Notes: generated from the letters alone by a model not told the origin. DNA of 32,767 nucleotides from Octopus bimaculoides (GCF_001194135.2 NC_068981.1:71860701-71893467); one strand, 5' to 3'; positions 11,430-22,335 are shown, counted from the first letter of the stretch. Made by a program: numbers and translations.

Positions 11430-12006
11430 GGATCTTTTTTAAAACGGGGGCCACATTTTTCATTAATGTTTTACGTAGTGTTTTTGGTACCGAAAGACTT
11501 TCAAACTTTGTATACTTATCTATTTTGTGTTATAGAACAGAAAAATATTTTTGTATTCGAATTTATTTCATGTAAAAAATTGTCTTATTTCGATAATTTC
11601 AACCAATCACTGACGTCCATTCAGCCGATATACATTAAGTGCCGACTACATAAACAAACGATTCTTCGTTTTATTTGCTTTTTTCATTTTAAATTTGCTT
11701 TAACCCTTACCCTAACCCTAACCCTAACCGTAGGGTTAGGGTTAGAGTTAGGGTTAGGGTTAGGGTTAATTGTTTCAGAATCGTTTGTTTATGTAGTCGG
11801 CACTTAATGTATATCGGCTGAATGGACGTCAGTGATTGGTTGAAATTACAGAAATACGACAACTTTAACATGGAATAATTTATGGATTTCTTTTTTTTTA
11901 AGAAGACTAAGAGAAAAAGATGTTTTATATGACACATTCTACCAGTGTTCCAAGTTTCAAAGTGTTTCGTTAATGAAAAATGTGGCCCCCGTTTTAAAAA
12001 AGATCC
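11430..12006. mobile_element. young non-autonomous DNA transposon (foldback MITE, 577 bp) with nested inverted repeats and a telomeric core
   Basis: Perfect 8-bp TSD CAAACTTG at 11422-11429 and 12007-12014. Perfect 37-bp TIR GGATCTTTTTTAAAACGGGGGCCACATTTTTCATTAA at 11430-11466 / 11970-12006. Perfect 72-bp inner IR at 11594-11665 / 11777-11848. Telomeric core at 11701-11768. No transposase ORF. Confidence 0.93.
11701..11768. repeat. interstitial telomeric repeat in divergent orientation: about 5 x TAACCC then 6 x TAGGGT
   Basis: taaccc ttaccc taaccc taaccc taacc g tagggt tagggt tagagt tagggt tagggt tagggt ta. Confidence 0.97.
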
Positions 12007-12768
12007 CAAACTTGCAACTGTCCAAATGGATTGTTAGCAGCACTAGTCTGAACAGTTATGCTGGGCCTGTGATGGTCATGTCAGCAATGAGCACATCTAC
12101 ATCTTCTACACTAAGTGAATTAGAAAGAAATGAACCAGACACTTGTAATTATAAACCAATTTGTTATAAAAATTTCAATCATTGTACAGTGACAATTAGA
12201 ACAACATGATTTCTTTCTAGTATTCAGTTCCTTTACTTTTAATTTTAGAGTTACAAGTCTGTCCGATATATAAATTATAAAAGCACATAATATTTTGCCT
12301 TCAATTTTATGCTAAATGACTCTATTGTAGATACATATATGTCATCTATAAGTCATTGCTTCAACTCACATATGACTAGATGTTTGTTTGATGGTGGATA
12401 TGTAATGTAAATACTCTTCTATATTAATTCATTTTAAACTACGACTATGCTACCTATATATACAAATAATAATACAAAATAGTTCAATTATTCATTTGCT
12501 GTAACAGTCCCAAATGTATAGTGTTTGGAATTATACTGAGTATTATGAATAGTAAAATTTATATATATTTGAATGCAAATAAACATTAAGCATTAAAAGC
12601 TAACTGTAAATTCATAGTTGTAATTTATTTATAAGGCTGGGATTTTCCTATCATGAATATTTTTTGGAAAAAAAATTACCACTCAATGACTTCACTTGAG
12701 AAATGCATGTGATTTGTTTTGTTGTTTTCCACTTGAATGTGTAGTATCACATGATCAGGAAGGAATAC

Positions 12769-12799
12769 CTGTTGGTAATATGTTCTAAATAACATCTGT
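12769..12799 (-). CDS. weak candidate 31-nt exon of the same minus-strand gene
   Basis: Acceptor catttttccctAG and donor CAG|GTATTC. Two frames are open (RCYLEHITN / QMLFRTYYQQ), both phase-compatible with the 7531-7569 exon. Confidence 0.2.
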
Positions 12800-13253
12800 C
12801 TAGGGAAAAATGAGTAAGCTTGATAGTGGTAGTACTACCTTATCATATTTTCTTTCTTCGCCTATTATTCCTCACTACCACTGTCTTCACTTACTTCATT
12901 ATATCAACAACTTCCTGTACAAGTAATCATAGTGATGATAATAATTAAGCATAGATACAGATATATTAGTTAAAAATAAACAATTTTTCGCGGAGTTAAT
13001 TGTGCCAGAGTGGGTTTATTACCTTTCTATTAAAGAAAAAAAGAATCAAAGTAGGAATATATTTTTCCTTCAGATGCAGAAATTCTAGAAGTGTGTTTGT
13101 CAGATGGTAAAGATTGTTGGCTCTACTTAAGAACTAAAAGCATTCCAAGTCAGTGATGAAAATAATCTCACAGTCTTATAAACTTCAACCAGAAAATGTT
13201 ATTTATATGACAAAAGACAACTTTTGATATTTTTGTTAAGATTAGTATATTAA

Positions 13254-13490
13254 GTTAGTGAGCTGTCAGAAGTGTCAGAGTGTTGGGAAAAATGGTTTTA
13301 CTTTGTTTACATTGTGAGTTCAAATCCTGCCAAAGTCAACTTTGCTTTCATCCCTCTGAGGTGGAGGGAGTCTATAAAATATAGTACCAGTTTTGTACTG
13401 CCATCATGTAACAGACTAACTCATGTTCCACTCAATCCCCTCAAAATTACTTGCCTTTTGTTTAAATTAGAAACAATTGTTATTTGTAAA
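13254..13490 (+). mobile_element. tRNA-derived SINE family B
   Basis: gtgagctgtcagaa...gtgagttcaaatcctgccaaagtcaactttgctttcatcc...agtaccagtt...cccctcaaaattacttgccttttg..aaattagaaacaatt. Confidence 0.75.
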
Positions 13491-13758
13491 TAATATCTGA
13501 TGGTTTGAGCATAAAGATGCAAAATATAAATTGGATTTACTTCACCATCAAAGACTAGATATTTCTATTCCATTCCATTCTTTCCCTAAATAATTTTTAT
13601 GATTTAAAGTTTCTTAAAACCTATATTAGTTTTAAGTTCTGAAAAATTCCTTGTTTAAAAATTAACTGATTAGAAATTTTTAGGTAAACTCAAAATTACA
13701 ATGTAATGTTGACCAAGTTAAATAATGATTTGTACTGAACTGAACTGCTATGGTTGAA

Positions 13759-13980
13759 CCCTTTTGATACCAATCTGGCTGAAATCGCCTCTGGCTCTGT
13801 AGTACAAATGTCTTGTTTTCAAAAGTTCTGAATTAAAATCATTCACTAGACCTTGGTCAAAATTTATGTTCCTAACACAAGCTTAATGATAACTAAGTTA
13901 TTTTACTAAATTCTTTGTTATATTTAAAATTAATTGAAAGAAACACAGAACATCTCAACAAGAATATGGTAACAAAAGGG
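13759..13980. mobile_element. piggyBac-type MITE (222 bp)
   Basis: TIRs cccttttgatacca / tggtaacaaaaggg (13/14 match, CCC termini). Right flank is TTAA (13981-13984); left flank is TGAA (13755-13758). Confidence 0.8.
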
Positions 13981-14117
13981 TTAAGGTTAAGGCTCTAAAT
14001 TACTCAACCATTTGTCAATCAGTTCAGATTGTACTGATGAAAAAAACTTAGTATAAGTTGTAGGCAGTTATGGGGACCCAAGCCATGTGTATTAGTGAAA
14101 TCCAACTAGTTGATATC

Positions 14118-14170
14118 CTTGCTGTTCTTACACCTTACTGTTCTTACACCACTTGCTGTTCTTACACTAC
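14118..14170. repeat. short tandem triplication of cttgctgttcttacac (16-18 nt units)
   Basis: cttgctgttcttacac / cttactgttcttacacca / cttgctgttcttacacta. Confidence 0.7.
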
Positions 14171-14221
14171 TGAATGAACATCCAAACCCTTTGTACATTT
14201 TCAGTGCATCTTCATGTATGT

Positions 14222-14285
<64 letters not shown>
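14222..14285. repeat. (CA)n(TA)n microsatellite
   Basis: Direct reading. Confidence 0.97.
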
Positions 14286-14436
14286 CTGCAGTCGCTAAAT
14301 TCCCTTTGAGAATTATTCGGTCTTAGTAGATACATGATATGTGATCTTCTTCTAGCACATTAGCAGTCCACCTAGTGTCCTCCTTTATATATGTTTTTAT
14401 GTATTTATATATATGTATATATATATATACCTATGT

Positions 14437-14650
14437 CTGTGTCTCTTTATGTCTGTGTTTGTCCCCCACCACCACTTGACAACTGGTGCTGGTGCGTTTA
14501 CATCTATGTAACTTAGTGGTTCAGCAAAAGTGACCAATAGAATAAATGCCAAGCTTTAAAAAAAAAAAATAAGTACTAGGGTCGATACATCTGATGAAAA
14601 ATTTCTTCAAGGTGGTGTTTCAGCATGGCCGCAGTCTAATAACTGGAACA
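14437..14650 (+). mobile_element. SINE family A, 3' half
   Basis: gtttgtcccccaccaccacttgacaactggtgctgg...aacttagtggttcagcaaaa...aagtactagggtcgat...cagcatggccgcagtc. Confidence 0.8.
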
Positions 14651-14718
14651 TTTTTTTTAATGACTTTTATGATATGTGCATAACCTAGGGAAATAATTTA
14701 GGCATGGCTGTGATTATA

Positions 14719-15118
14719 GGTGCTGGTATGGCTGTGTGGTAAGAAGCTTGCTTCTCAACTACATGGTTTCATGTTCAGTCGTAAAGTATGGCACCTTGGG
14801 CAAGGGTCTTCTACTAAAGCCCTAGTTCAACCAAAGCCCTGTGAGTAGATTTGGTTAAACAGATACCTAAAGAAACTCGTCATATATATTTATATATTTG
14901 TGTATGAGTGTCTTTGTGTTTGTGTTTGTCTTCCTTCTTTACCATTTAACAACCAGTGTTTGTTTGTTTACACTCCCCATAAATTAGCAGTTTAGCCATA
15001 AAGACTAAGAGAATAAGCACCAGACTTAAAAAAATAATTACTGGGGTCGATTTGTTTGACCCTTCAAGGGAGCACACCAGGATGGCTACAGTCCAGCAAC
15101 TGAAACAAGTAAAAGGTA
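14719..15118 (+). mobile_element. tRNA-derived SINE family A, full length
   Basis: A-box-like tggctgtgtggt, B-box-like ggtttcatgttcagtc, a central TA/TG micro-repeat, and the 3' actggggtcgat...ctgaaacaagtaaaag. Collinear with rc of 9697-10140. Confidence 0.88.
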
Positions 15119-15819
15119 AAACAGAAAAATTGTGTTTGAGAACATTTTATTATTATGATAAGTGATACTGGAAGATATTAAAAATGTCCAAGAAGGTGAT
15201 GTTACAAAGACTCTGGTTTAGGGTTGTGTGAAAAAAATGTCTGGGTTTGAATCAGAAAATGCTATAAATAGCGTTTTTTATCTTCCTGATAAAAACGAAG
15301 CATTTTTATCTTCTATGTTCAAGTTCAGATATAATTAGTTCTGTTATCAACATCACTGCATGTCTTATAAGCAATGCTGAAATAATTAATCATGGACTAC
15401 TAGCAGAGATTTGTCTGTCAGGGATCAGAAATTACTTTTAACCATAATCAAAAGATGTGTGTGCTTGTATATATATTTAGAATATATAACATTGAAAGAT
15501 TTAGATTGAATAAGTATTGTTATATATATATTGAAACATCATATTTGGCAACTGAAATGGTATCAAACACTCAAAGTATTTCACATTGCACTTTATTGTA
15601 CACTCAACATTCTACATTGCATAAAATAGAATTACTAGGAATTACCTAAAATAAGCCAATCATATTTGCAACACATGTAGAAGACAGCAACAAAAGCAAA
15701 AATAACCCCAGACTCAAAACTCTCATAGGCATCACATTTAACCAATTAAATGTTAACAATATTTATAATTTATGAGTATAACTTAAAAGTAAGTTATGCC
15801 TTTCATGCTTCTTTTCTTA

Positions 15820-16680
15820 CAACATATGCTCCTCTGCAGATGATACTGACCTTTATGTTTTTTTAAACCTCTCCCACCCAAACATCATTTACATATTAAA
15901 CGAATATCCTTTACCAGACTTTCACTACGCATATCATAAGAAATCTCAAACATATCCTTCAATGGGGATGTTAGTAACTTAGTCCTTTTCGGCATCAGAA
16001 ATAAACAATTGCTACACTTGTCAAGGAAGTGTCTCTTGTATTATACTTTCTCAATATCATTATCATTATAATCATCATCATCCATCTCTATTAACAGCAT
16101 AAAAATTAAACTATCAAAGTAGTTTCAAATTATGAGCCTCACACACCTTTATGAACTCTCATGGAAACCTCTTGTAGATAATATTTCTAAAACTGCATCT
16201 CAAACACAAAGATTCTTCTTCAGAGCAAGAAAATACTTCATATCTATTAAGTTAACTCTCCACAAATCGAAAGTTTTACACACTGAAGTATTATTCATAT
16301 GTAAGGTACTGTGCTGTTGGCACATGCATAAACATCTTAGACTGCTTTAAAAAAGAAGGCCAAATGGCTGATAGCTGAAGATTAACATATTTGCTAAGCC
16401 ACTGGCTCAAAGACTTGCAGTTTATTCTCTCTGCTTTGCTATCACTGATATAACAGCTTCTGTTGCTGAAGTATCTGACTGTATATTTCCTTGACATGAT
16501 GCACCATCCTCTCTTTCATTACTCTTACTGTGTCTCACATCCTAGAACCATGCTAATCATAATCCAATATTTTTTTCATAGAAACACTATCTCCTAGAAT
16601 TCCCACCCTACCAGCATTTTTCCTGTAGATTGACTTCCAGACATTTCAAATTCAATATCAAATACATTGATATCACTAGT
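15820..16680 (+). mobile_element. decayed non-LTR retrotransposon (CR1/L2/Jockey-type), RT C-terminus to ORF2 end
   Basis: Across frameshifts: SADDT.LY (15835), NLKHILQWG..NLVLF, ELSWKPLVDNISKTAS..RFFFRARKYF, EY.SYV, PLAQRLAVYSLCF, FHRNTIS*NSHPTSIFPVD..QTFKFNI. This is the usual LINE ORF2 tail order. Confidence 0.65.
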
Positions 16681-18289
16681 ATGGGAGGAAATTACAAATG
16701 TCTTAGGTACTACCCTTCACCATCTGACTTAAAAAAAGAATATGCTAGGTTCTTGTCAACTTTATTGTCATTTGAATTACAGAAATTTACAAGTAAAACA
16801 TTTAGAAGCAATTGTGCTTATCTTATGCCAAGAACACCATTGAAAGGGAGTTATATCTTCAGCATTATTCAACCTAAATTGGTTCCTAATGCTTGAAAAT
16901 TTGGTCCAGATCTACTAAACAATCACGACTTTACCTAGATATTTTGTTGACCTCTGTAATAATGTCCCACAGATAATTTAATCTTTATTCATTACGGTTA
17001 CCAGCATACATGGGAAAGATGCTATGGAATGCATTATCAGTAGATAATCATTTAGGAATTCAACTATTTCAGACTACCAAAACAATCTCGTCAGCTTTTG
17101 GATATAAATAAATAAATACGAAATTTGACTTTTAATTTGAAAGAGTTTATGTAATTGAGACATGTAATTTTGAGAAATTTTAATAGTTATTTTTGTTATT
17201 AAAGAAAATAGTGCCTTTTGAGAGTATCAGAGTGGATCAGATTCAGATCTAAATACTGAGGAAATTAGATATATTATTAAACAGTATATGATATGCTTGT
17301 AAGAAAAAATATACAATTAAAACTGATAAACTATAAAAACAAAGAACAAAGAACAAAGGCAAACATCTGTACACAGGGAAACTGAAGTATTTAGTGTTAA
17401 ACAATTTAGAAGGCAATGAATAGTATTAAGCTAAACTGCTGCCTAGAACATTTCTGTTTAAAGAAAATAACATACAATTCAGTGAAAAAAAACCCCTTAG
17501 AATAACATAAAATATTGACGACAATACTGCAAAGATATGTTGCTAGAATTTTTTTAAAAAATGAAAGAATTTAAAATACAAAAAAAATTTTAAGGTGGAT
17601 GTTGATATATCCAGCTTTCACCTATGATTTGGTCACATCTTGTTGGTTATTATATATATATTTGCAGCCTATTTTTAGGGATGAAAATATAGCTCTGTTT
17701 TGAGGCATGCCTGTATTGTGTTTTACAATCCCTATAACTCTTATTACAACATGTAACATAACCTGCATAGTTGCTTTCAACAAATTATCATACATTGTCT
17801 TTTAAAAGAAGATTTACTATTTAACACAATTTTAGCTTCATTTAATCCATGCTTTGAGAATAGTGTGTTTTTCACTTCCTCATTTTGTAAATCAGATACA
17901 TGGAACACATTTTAATATATTTCTATTCTGTTTCATATTAGGGTATTCTGTAATAGAGTTAGCCTTCATAAGCATTTTATTGAAAACATTTGATATTATA
18001 TATGAAATCAAATATAGATAAGGAGTTATTAACAAGCATAAGGCAAATCATAAAACTTAAAGCAGTTAAAGTTGGTTCAGTGGGACTTAGCTCAATACCT
18101 TTTTAGTATTTTGTGCCTGTATCGTTTTCTGGAATTGTCGTTTATCAACAGGTTATCCTTAATTAAGAAGACTAATGATCAAATGCATTCCAGCGGTGAT
18201 CATCCAATTTTGTTCAGATATAGTATATCTTGGACAGTAACTGCATCATAACTAAACTCTCTTTACTTCCTAAGCAACACACCCACAGA

Positions 18290-20050
18290 CTTCAACAAGC
18301 TAACAACTTGTCCCCTGATATCACATACTGTTCTACACCTAATTACCACAACTGCACAGCAAGCAATCTCCCAACACTTCTTTGACTATCTATTTATCAT
18401 CATCATTAAAATACACTTATATATCAAACTGAAAAGCCAACTTGAATGAAATTAAGGACAGCTTCAAACATGACTCACCAACACTACACAGTAGAAATGA
18501 ACTCAGTAAATAAAAAAGAAAAATCAGAGAAACTAAATGTAAGAAATACAGGAAATTGATGATATTTGTATTCAGTACAAAACAAGCCGTAAAACATAAT
18601 TATACAAAGTAATTAGCGGCATTAACAATTATAATTGCCATACCACACCTTATGACATAATAATAACCAACTTCTAAAAAGCATATTCTTACTCCAGTAG
18701 CAAGAAAATTAACTCAGCAAACATTAAAAACATAAAATAAGTCACCCAAAAGTTACACAAGAGAAACAATCACATAAAATGCAAAGTGTATAGTTTTCAC
18801 TTAGACAACAATGTGAGCCTTTTCCTTCAATGAGATACTAAAAAGTTATCAAGAAATCCCAAAACTCAAACTCTCAAGGGCCTGATAAAATTACAAACTC
18901 ATCTAAAACACTAAAAATCAACAAGGCTTATTGCATTCACAAATCGACTGAACTTCTTATATAAATTGCTAATTTCCCATAATGTGGAAATTGAGAAAAA
19001 TCATCAATTTTAAAACTCAACTGAAGCAGTATCACCTGGACCCATCACTACTCCATACATACTTTAAAAAGTCATAGAAAGGATTTTCTTAAACATCACC
19101 AGCCTACACACTTCCTTCTCCAACTTAGAATGTGGGTTCAGACTGTTAATTACAGTCAGCCATACACTTGCTCACAAACCTTGTATATAAAAAAAAAAAA
19201 TCCAAAACATGATGATTTAAAAAAACGCCTATATACCATCCTAACTACTATTGACATCAGCAAAACTGACAGTGACATTCTTGTTACTAGACTCAGAATA
19301 CAAATTATTCAATAATAAAACAAGAAACAGAACAAAATTCTTGCTAGAAAACTGTCTCTCTGGTCACCAAGGCCATGTAGTGTATAAAGAAAGAAATCAC
19401 TTTCATAATTTGTAATTTCTTAAATGGACTAGGTATTGGTTAAAAGTAACGTAAGAAAAGATCTATATTCGTACGCACTCTTTTTAACCTATATCTACAT
19501 GACCTTCCCACACCTCCATAAAGTATACACACAGCCTCATATGCAGATGACATCACACTCACATTTTTCCATCATTCTCTAGACACAGCTGCACAACTAC
19601 TCCAATTCTACGCCAATCACCTAGAAACCTAACTCTAAAACAACAAACTTAAAGAAGTACCTTCTAAATCTACTTTCTCATTTTGTACCAGCTTTACCAA
19701 AATATCAAATACAGCCAGCCATCACGTTCAAATAGTATAAACATATCACACATATTACAACGCTTCTACATTATTCACATTATACCGAAATGACAGGGTA
19801 AATGAAGCAAAATAATGCAGGAACATACTGAGACAATACATTGAATTCATTATGGATTATACCATTCTTGCTTGGGTTGCCAATCTCTCCATAATAACAT
19901 CAAATGATGCTCTTAGCATCATCACATACTGAATATAGATCACATTCATACATCACTGACACAGCATAACAATATGAAAACTAAAAGACAACTAGGAGAG
20001 GCAGAGTTTGTGGTGAAAACAAATTCCAATCCTAACAGTCCTTTCCACTA
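18290..20050 (+). mobile_element. decayed I/Jockey-group LINE ORF2 (endonuclease end + RT)
   Basis: SPDIT..S and DYLFIII (SDHLPII-like) near 18320-18400, KAN, SQGPDKITN at 18872-18898, IDISKT at 19250-19267, LFNLYLHDLPTP, SYADDIT with YADD at 19540-19551, AAQLLQ, DYTILAW..ALSIIT near 19855-19930. Many stops and frameshifts. Confidence 0.8.
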
Positions 20051-20436
20051 CATGCACACTCCCACCTATTAGAACATCTCTCTAATTCTATCCTCAAAAC
20101 ACTCCCTGCTACTCAACTCCTGATATACATTAAAGACATGTGCATGAAAAATAGCAATAGCAACAGTATCCTCATTAGTTTGCAAGCATTATATTTGGGT
20201 GCATACCGTCAATGACAAATGCAGAGGATGAGTAACTGTTGTGTTTTGATTGAGTCAACCTTGCCTGCTTCTGATGAACCTACCTCTAGAATCCCAAAAC
20301 ATATGGATATAGACTAGACTGTGAAGAGTGTATAATATGTTCAGATTATTACATTTCACCTCCTTATAATTAACCATTGCATGTTGGAATGTACAGAATA
20401 TTCCTTAGCTAGGCAAGGGGAGTGGTATATCTAGAA

Positions 20437-22335
20437 CAGTGGTTCTCAACCTTTTTCAAAATTTTTGCTTTGTGGTCTCCTGGCTATTTTTTGGAGGCCT
20501 CACAGTCCCTGGCCTATTTTGGCAGGAACAAGAGATTAATCAAATGCAAAATTTTCATGATTATACTACTATTAGGTTTAAGTAGTTGAATGCACAAAAC
20601 CTCATGCCATTAAATATAAATGTTAGATGTAAGCATAAAATAACAATAATGGCACTAACATGACACCAGATGTTGGTAAAATGATATGAAAAAAATTAAC
20701 ATTTTGTTTCTTTTTAGGCTATGAAGTAGGGCCACAGTTAACTATACCAAACTTTAATTATTCATCAGTAATTTATGCTTTCAAACCCATTTTCACAAAT
20801 ATTAAGTTCGGAGGCAAGTAAGGTCCAGTATAAAAAAGGGACCATTGGCATTGATGTAGCATTTAATTCTTTGTTTATTTTCTTCAATTCTTTCCTTGAT
20901 TTGCATATATATTTGCCGAAAACCGATAGAAGACAAGATATTTTTTGATATACAAAGAAAAATCATTAAACCTGTTCAAAAGAAGGATTAATGTGACTGC
21001 TGTATTTGCTTTAGCTTTACCAACTTGTCTATATTTGGCTGGGTTCTGGATAAAGCAACCCTCATCTCGTGTGTAACATCCAGGCTGTTTCGTTGTTTGC
21101 TTTTTATTGATTGAAGAGCCGAAAACACTAACTTGCACTCATAAGTGGTTGTGAAGGGAACCAGATATTTCAGTGCCATCTTTGAAATATCTGGATAAAG
21201 CTGTGCTGTCTGAATCCAAAAGTCACAACAACTCATTTCACGAAAGATCTGTTTTGCAACTCCATTATTCAACAATTCTATGAACTGCTCCTGCACAGTT
21301 ATGTCCTCAGAAGGGAGATCAGCAAGTGATATGGAAAATGGATTGTTCATGCAGCAGTAAAGTTGCTCAAATTTTTGCAAATTGGGAAAATATCGGGATA
21401 ATTCTTCCCTAAGAATGCAAATATGGTTTTGCATCACCTCAACCATATCATCATTGACGAGGAACTCGTTTTCATCAATAAATTTATTAAACTGAGGGGG
21501 AAAGGTGTAAAGTTTTTCTTTTGCTATTTTGAAGCCCATAGTTCCAGTTTCATTTTAAAAGCAGATATTTTTTCATGACAGTGGAGTACTGTTGCGCCTT
21601 TTCCTTGCAGGGTTAAGTTAAGAGTGTTGAAAGAGTCGAATATATCCACCAAAAATACCAGATATATAAGAAATCAGGCATCACAAAATTTAGCTCACAA
21701 ACAAGGCTTTGAGTCCTGAACAAATTCACATATTTTGTTTCAAAGCAAAAAAACTCACATCAGTGCTTTCCCTTTAGATAACCATCGGATGCGAGAGTGC
21801 AACAGAAGACACGAGAATTTAGTGCCCCAGCTTTGATGAAGTTGACTACAGCAATAACATCATTCAGAACATTTTAAAGTGTATCTGGTAAAGTCTTAGC
21901 CATAAGAGCTTGTCGGTGAATTGTACAATGTTTCCCAAGAGCATTCAGGGCTTTTGTTTGACAAGTGTTTGAAAACCCGAGTGGCAACCTGGCATGACCG
22001 GAGCGGCATCAGTGCAGACACCGATACAGTGCTCCCAATTGATGTCATGTGCACGAAAGAAGTTGTCAACTTTGACGAAAATGTCTTTTGCTGTCGTTTT
22101 AGAGTGGAGAGATTCGCAAAACAGAAAATCGTCTTCATACACTTATTGTGAATATACCGTACAAAGACACACAGTTGAGCCATATTCGCAATATCCGTAG
22201 ATTCATCAAGTTGGATAGAAAAAAGTTGAACGTGTCATTTGAAAGGGAGATATGTTTCAGTTTTGAAAGCTTGCATTGGTTGAAAACATTTGAAATAATC
22301 ATTCTGCCACAAGGCATGCATGGTAAGGTCACACT
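20437..22335 (-). mobile_element. hAT Charlie/Buster (ZBED5/SCAND3-like) transposon, 5'-truncated and internally deleted
   Basis: Terminal CAGTGGTTCTCAACC at 20437, preceded by ATCTAGAA (NTCTAGAN). Minus-strand transposase pieces: KLKHISLSNDT, SIQLDESTDIANMAQLCVFVRYI, EDDFLFCESLHSKTTAKDIF, CIGVCTD, HRQALMAK, RWLSKGK, LQGKG, PFTTTYEC, RVALSRTQPNIDKLVKLKQIQQSH* (stop at 20988). The second TIR is not found. Confidence 0.92.

Noticed and set aside
11701-11768. Telomeric repeat as a chromosome end or end-to-end fusion scar
   Set aside because: It is only 68 bp, enclosed in a TSD-flanked element, and its orientation is opposite to a fusion scar.
11145-12009. ORFs 11145-11807 (+, 220 aa) and 11707-12009 (-, 100 aa) sharing peptides GSFLKRGPHFSL and FNQSLTSIQPIYIKCRLHKQTIL
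   Set aside because: The shared peptides are the TIR and inner inverted repeat read on opposite strands, and LTLTLT/GLGLGL is the telomeric core. There is no transposase motif.
11080-12130. Flanks of the telomeric MITE as a decayed minus-strand LINE; also a LINE-like hint at 8300-8400
   Set aside because: Only compositional resemblance, with no run of diagnostic motifs.
13074-13106. Plus-strand 33-nt candidate exon (tttttccttcAG ... ATG|GTAAAG; DAEILEVCLSDG)
   Set aside because: The splice signals are good but it is isolated, with no convincing plus-strand partner exons and no recognisable peptide. RNA-seq would settle it.
16630-16896. 88-aa plus-strand ORF after an AG as a host exon
   Set aside because: Its first part is the tail of the 15820-16680 LINE relic, and the rest resembles nothing I recognise.
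20273-20320. CTGATGA followed by AAAACATATGG as a hammerhead (other lone CTGATGA at about 14035, 14591, 30695)
   Set aside because: They lack GAAA, helix II closure and helix I complementarity.
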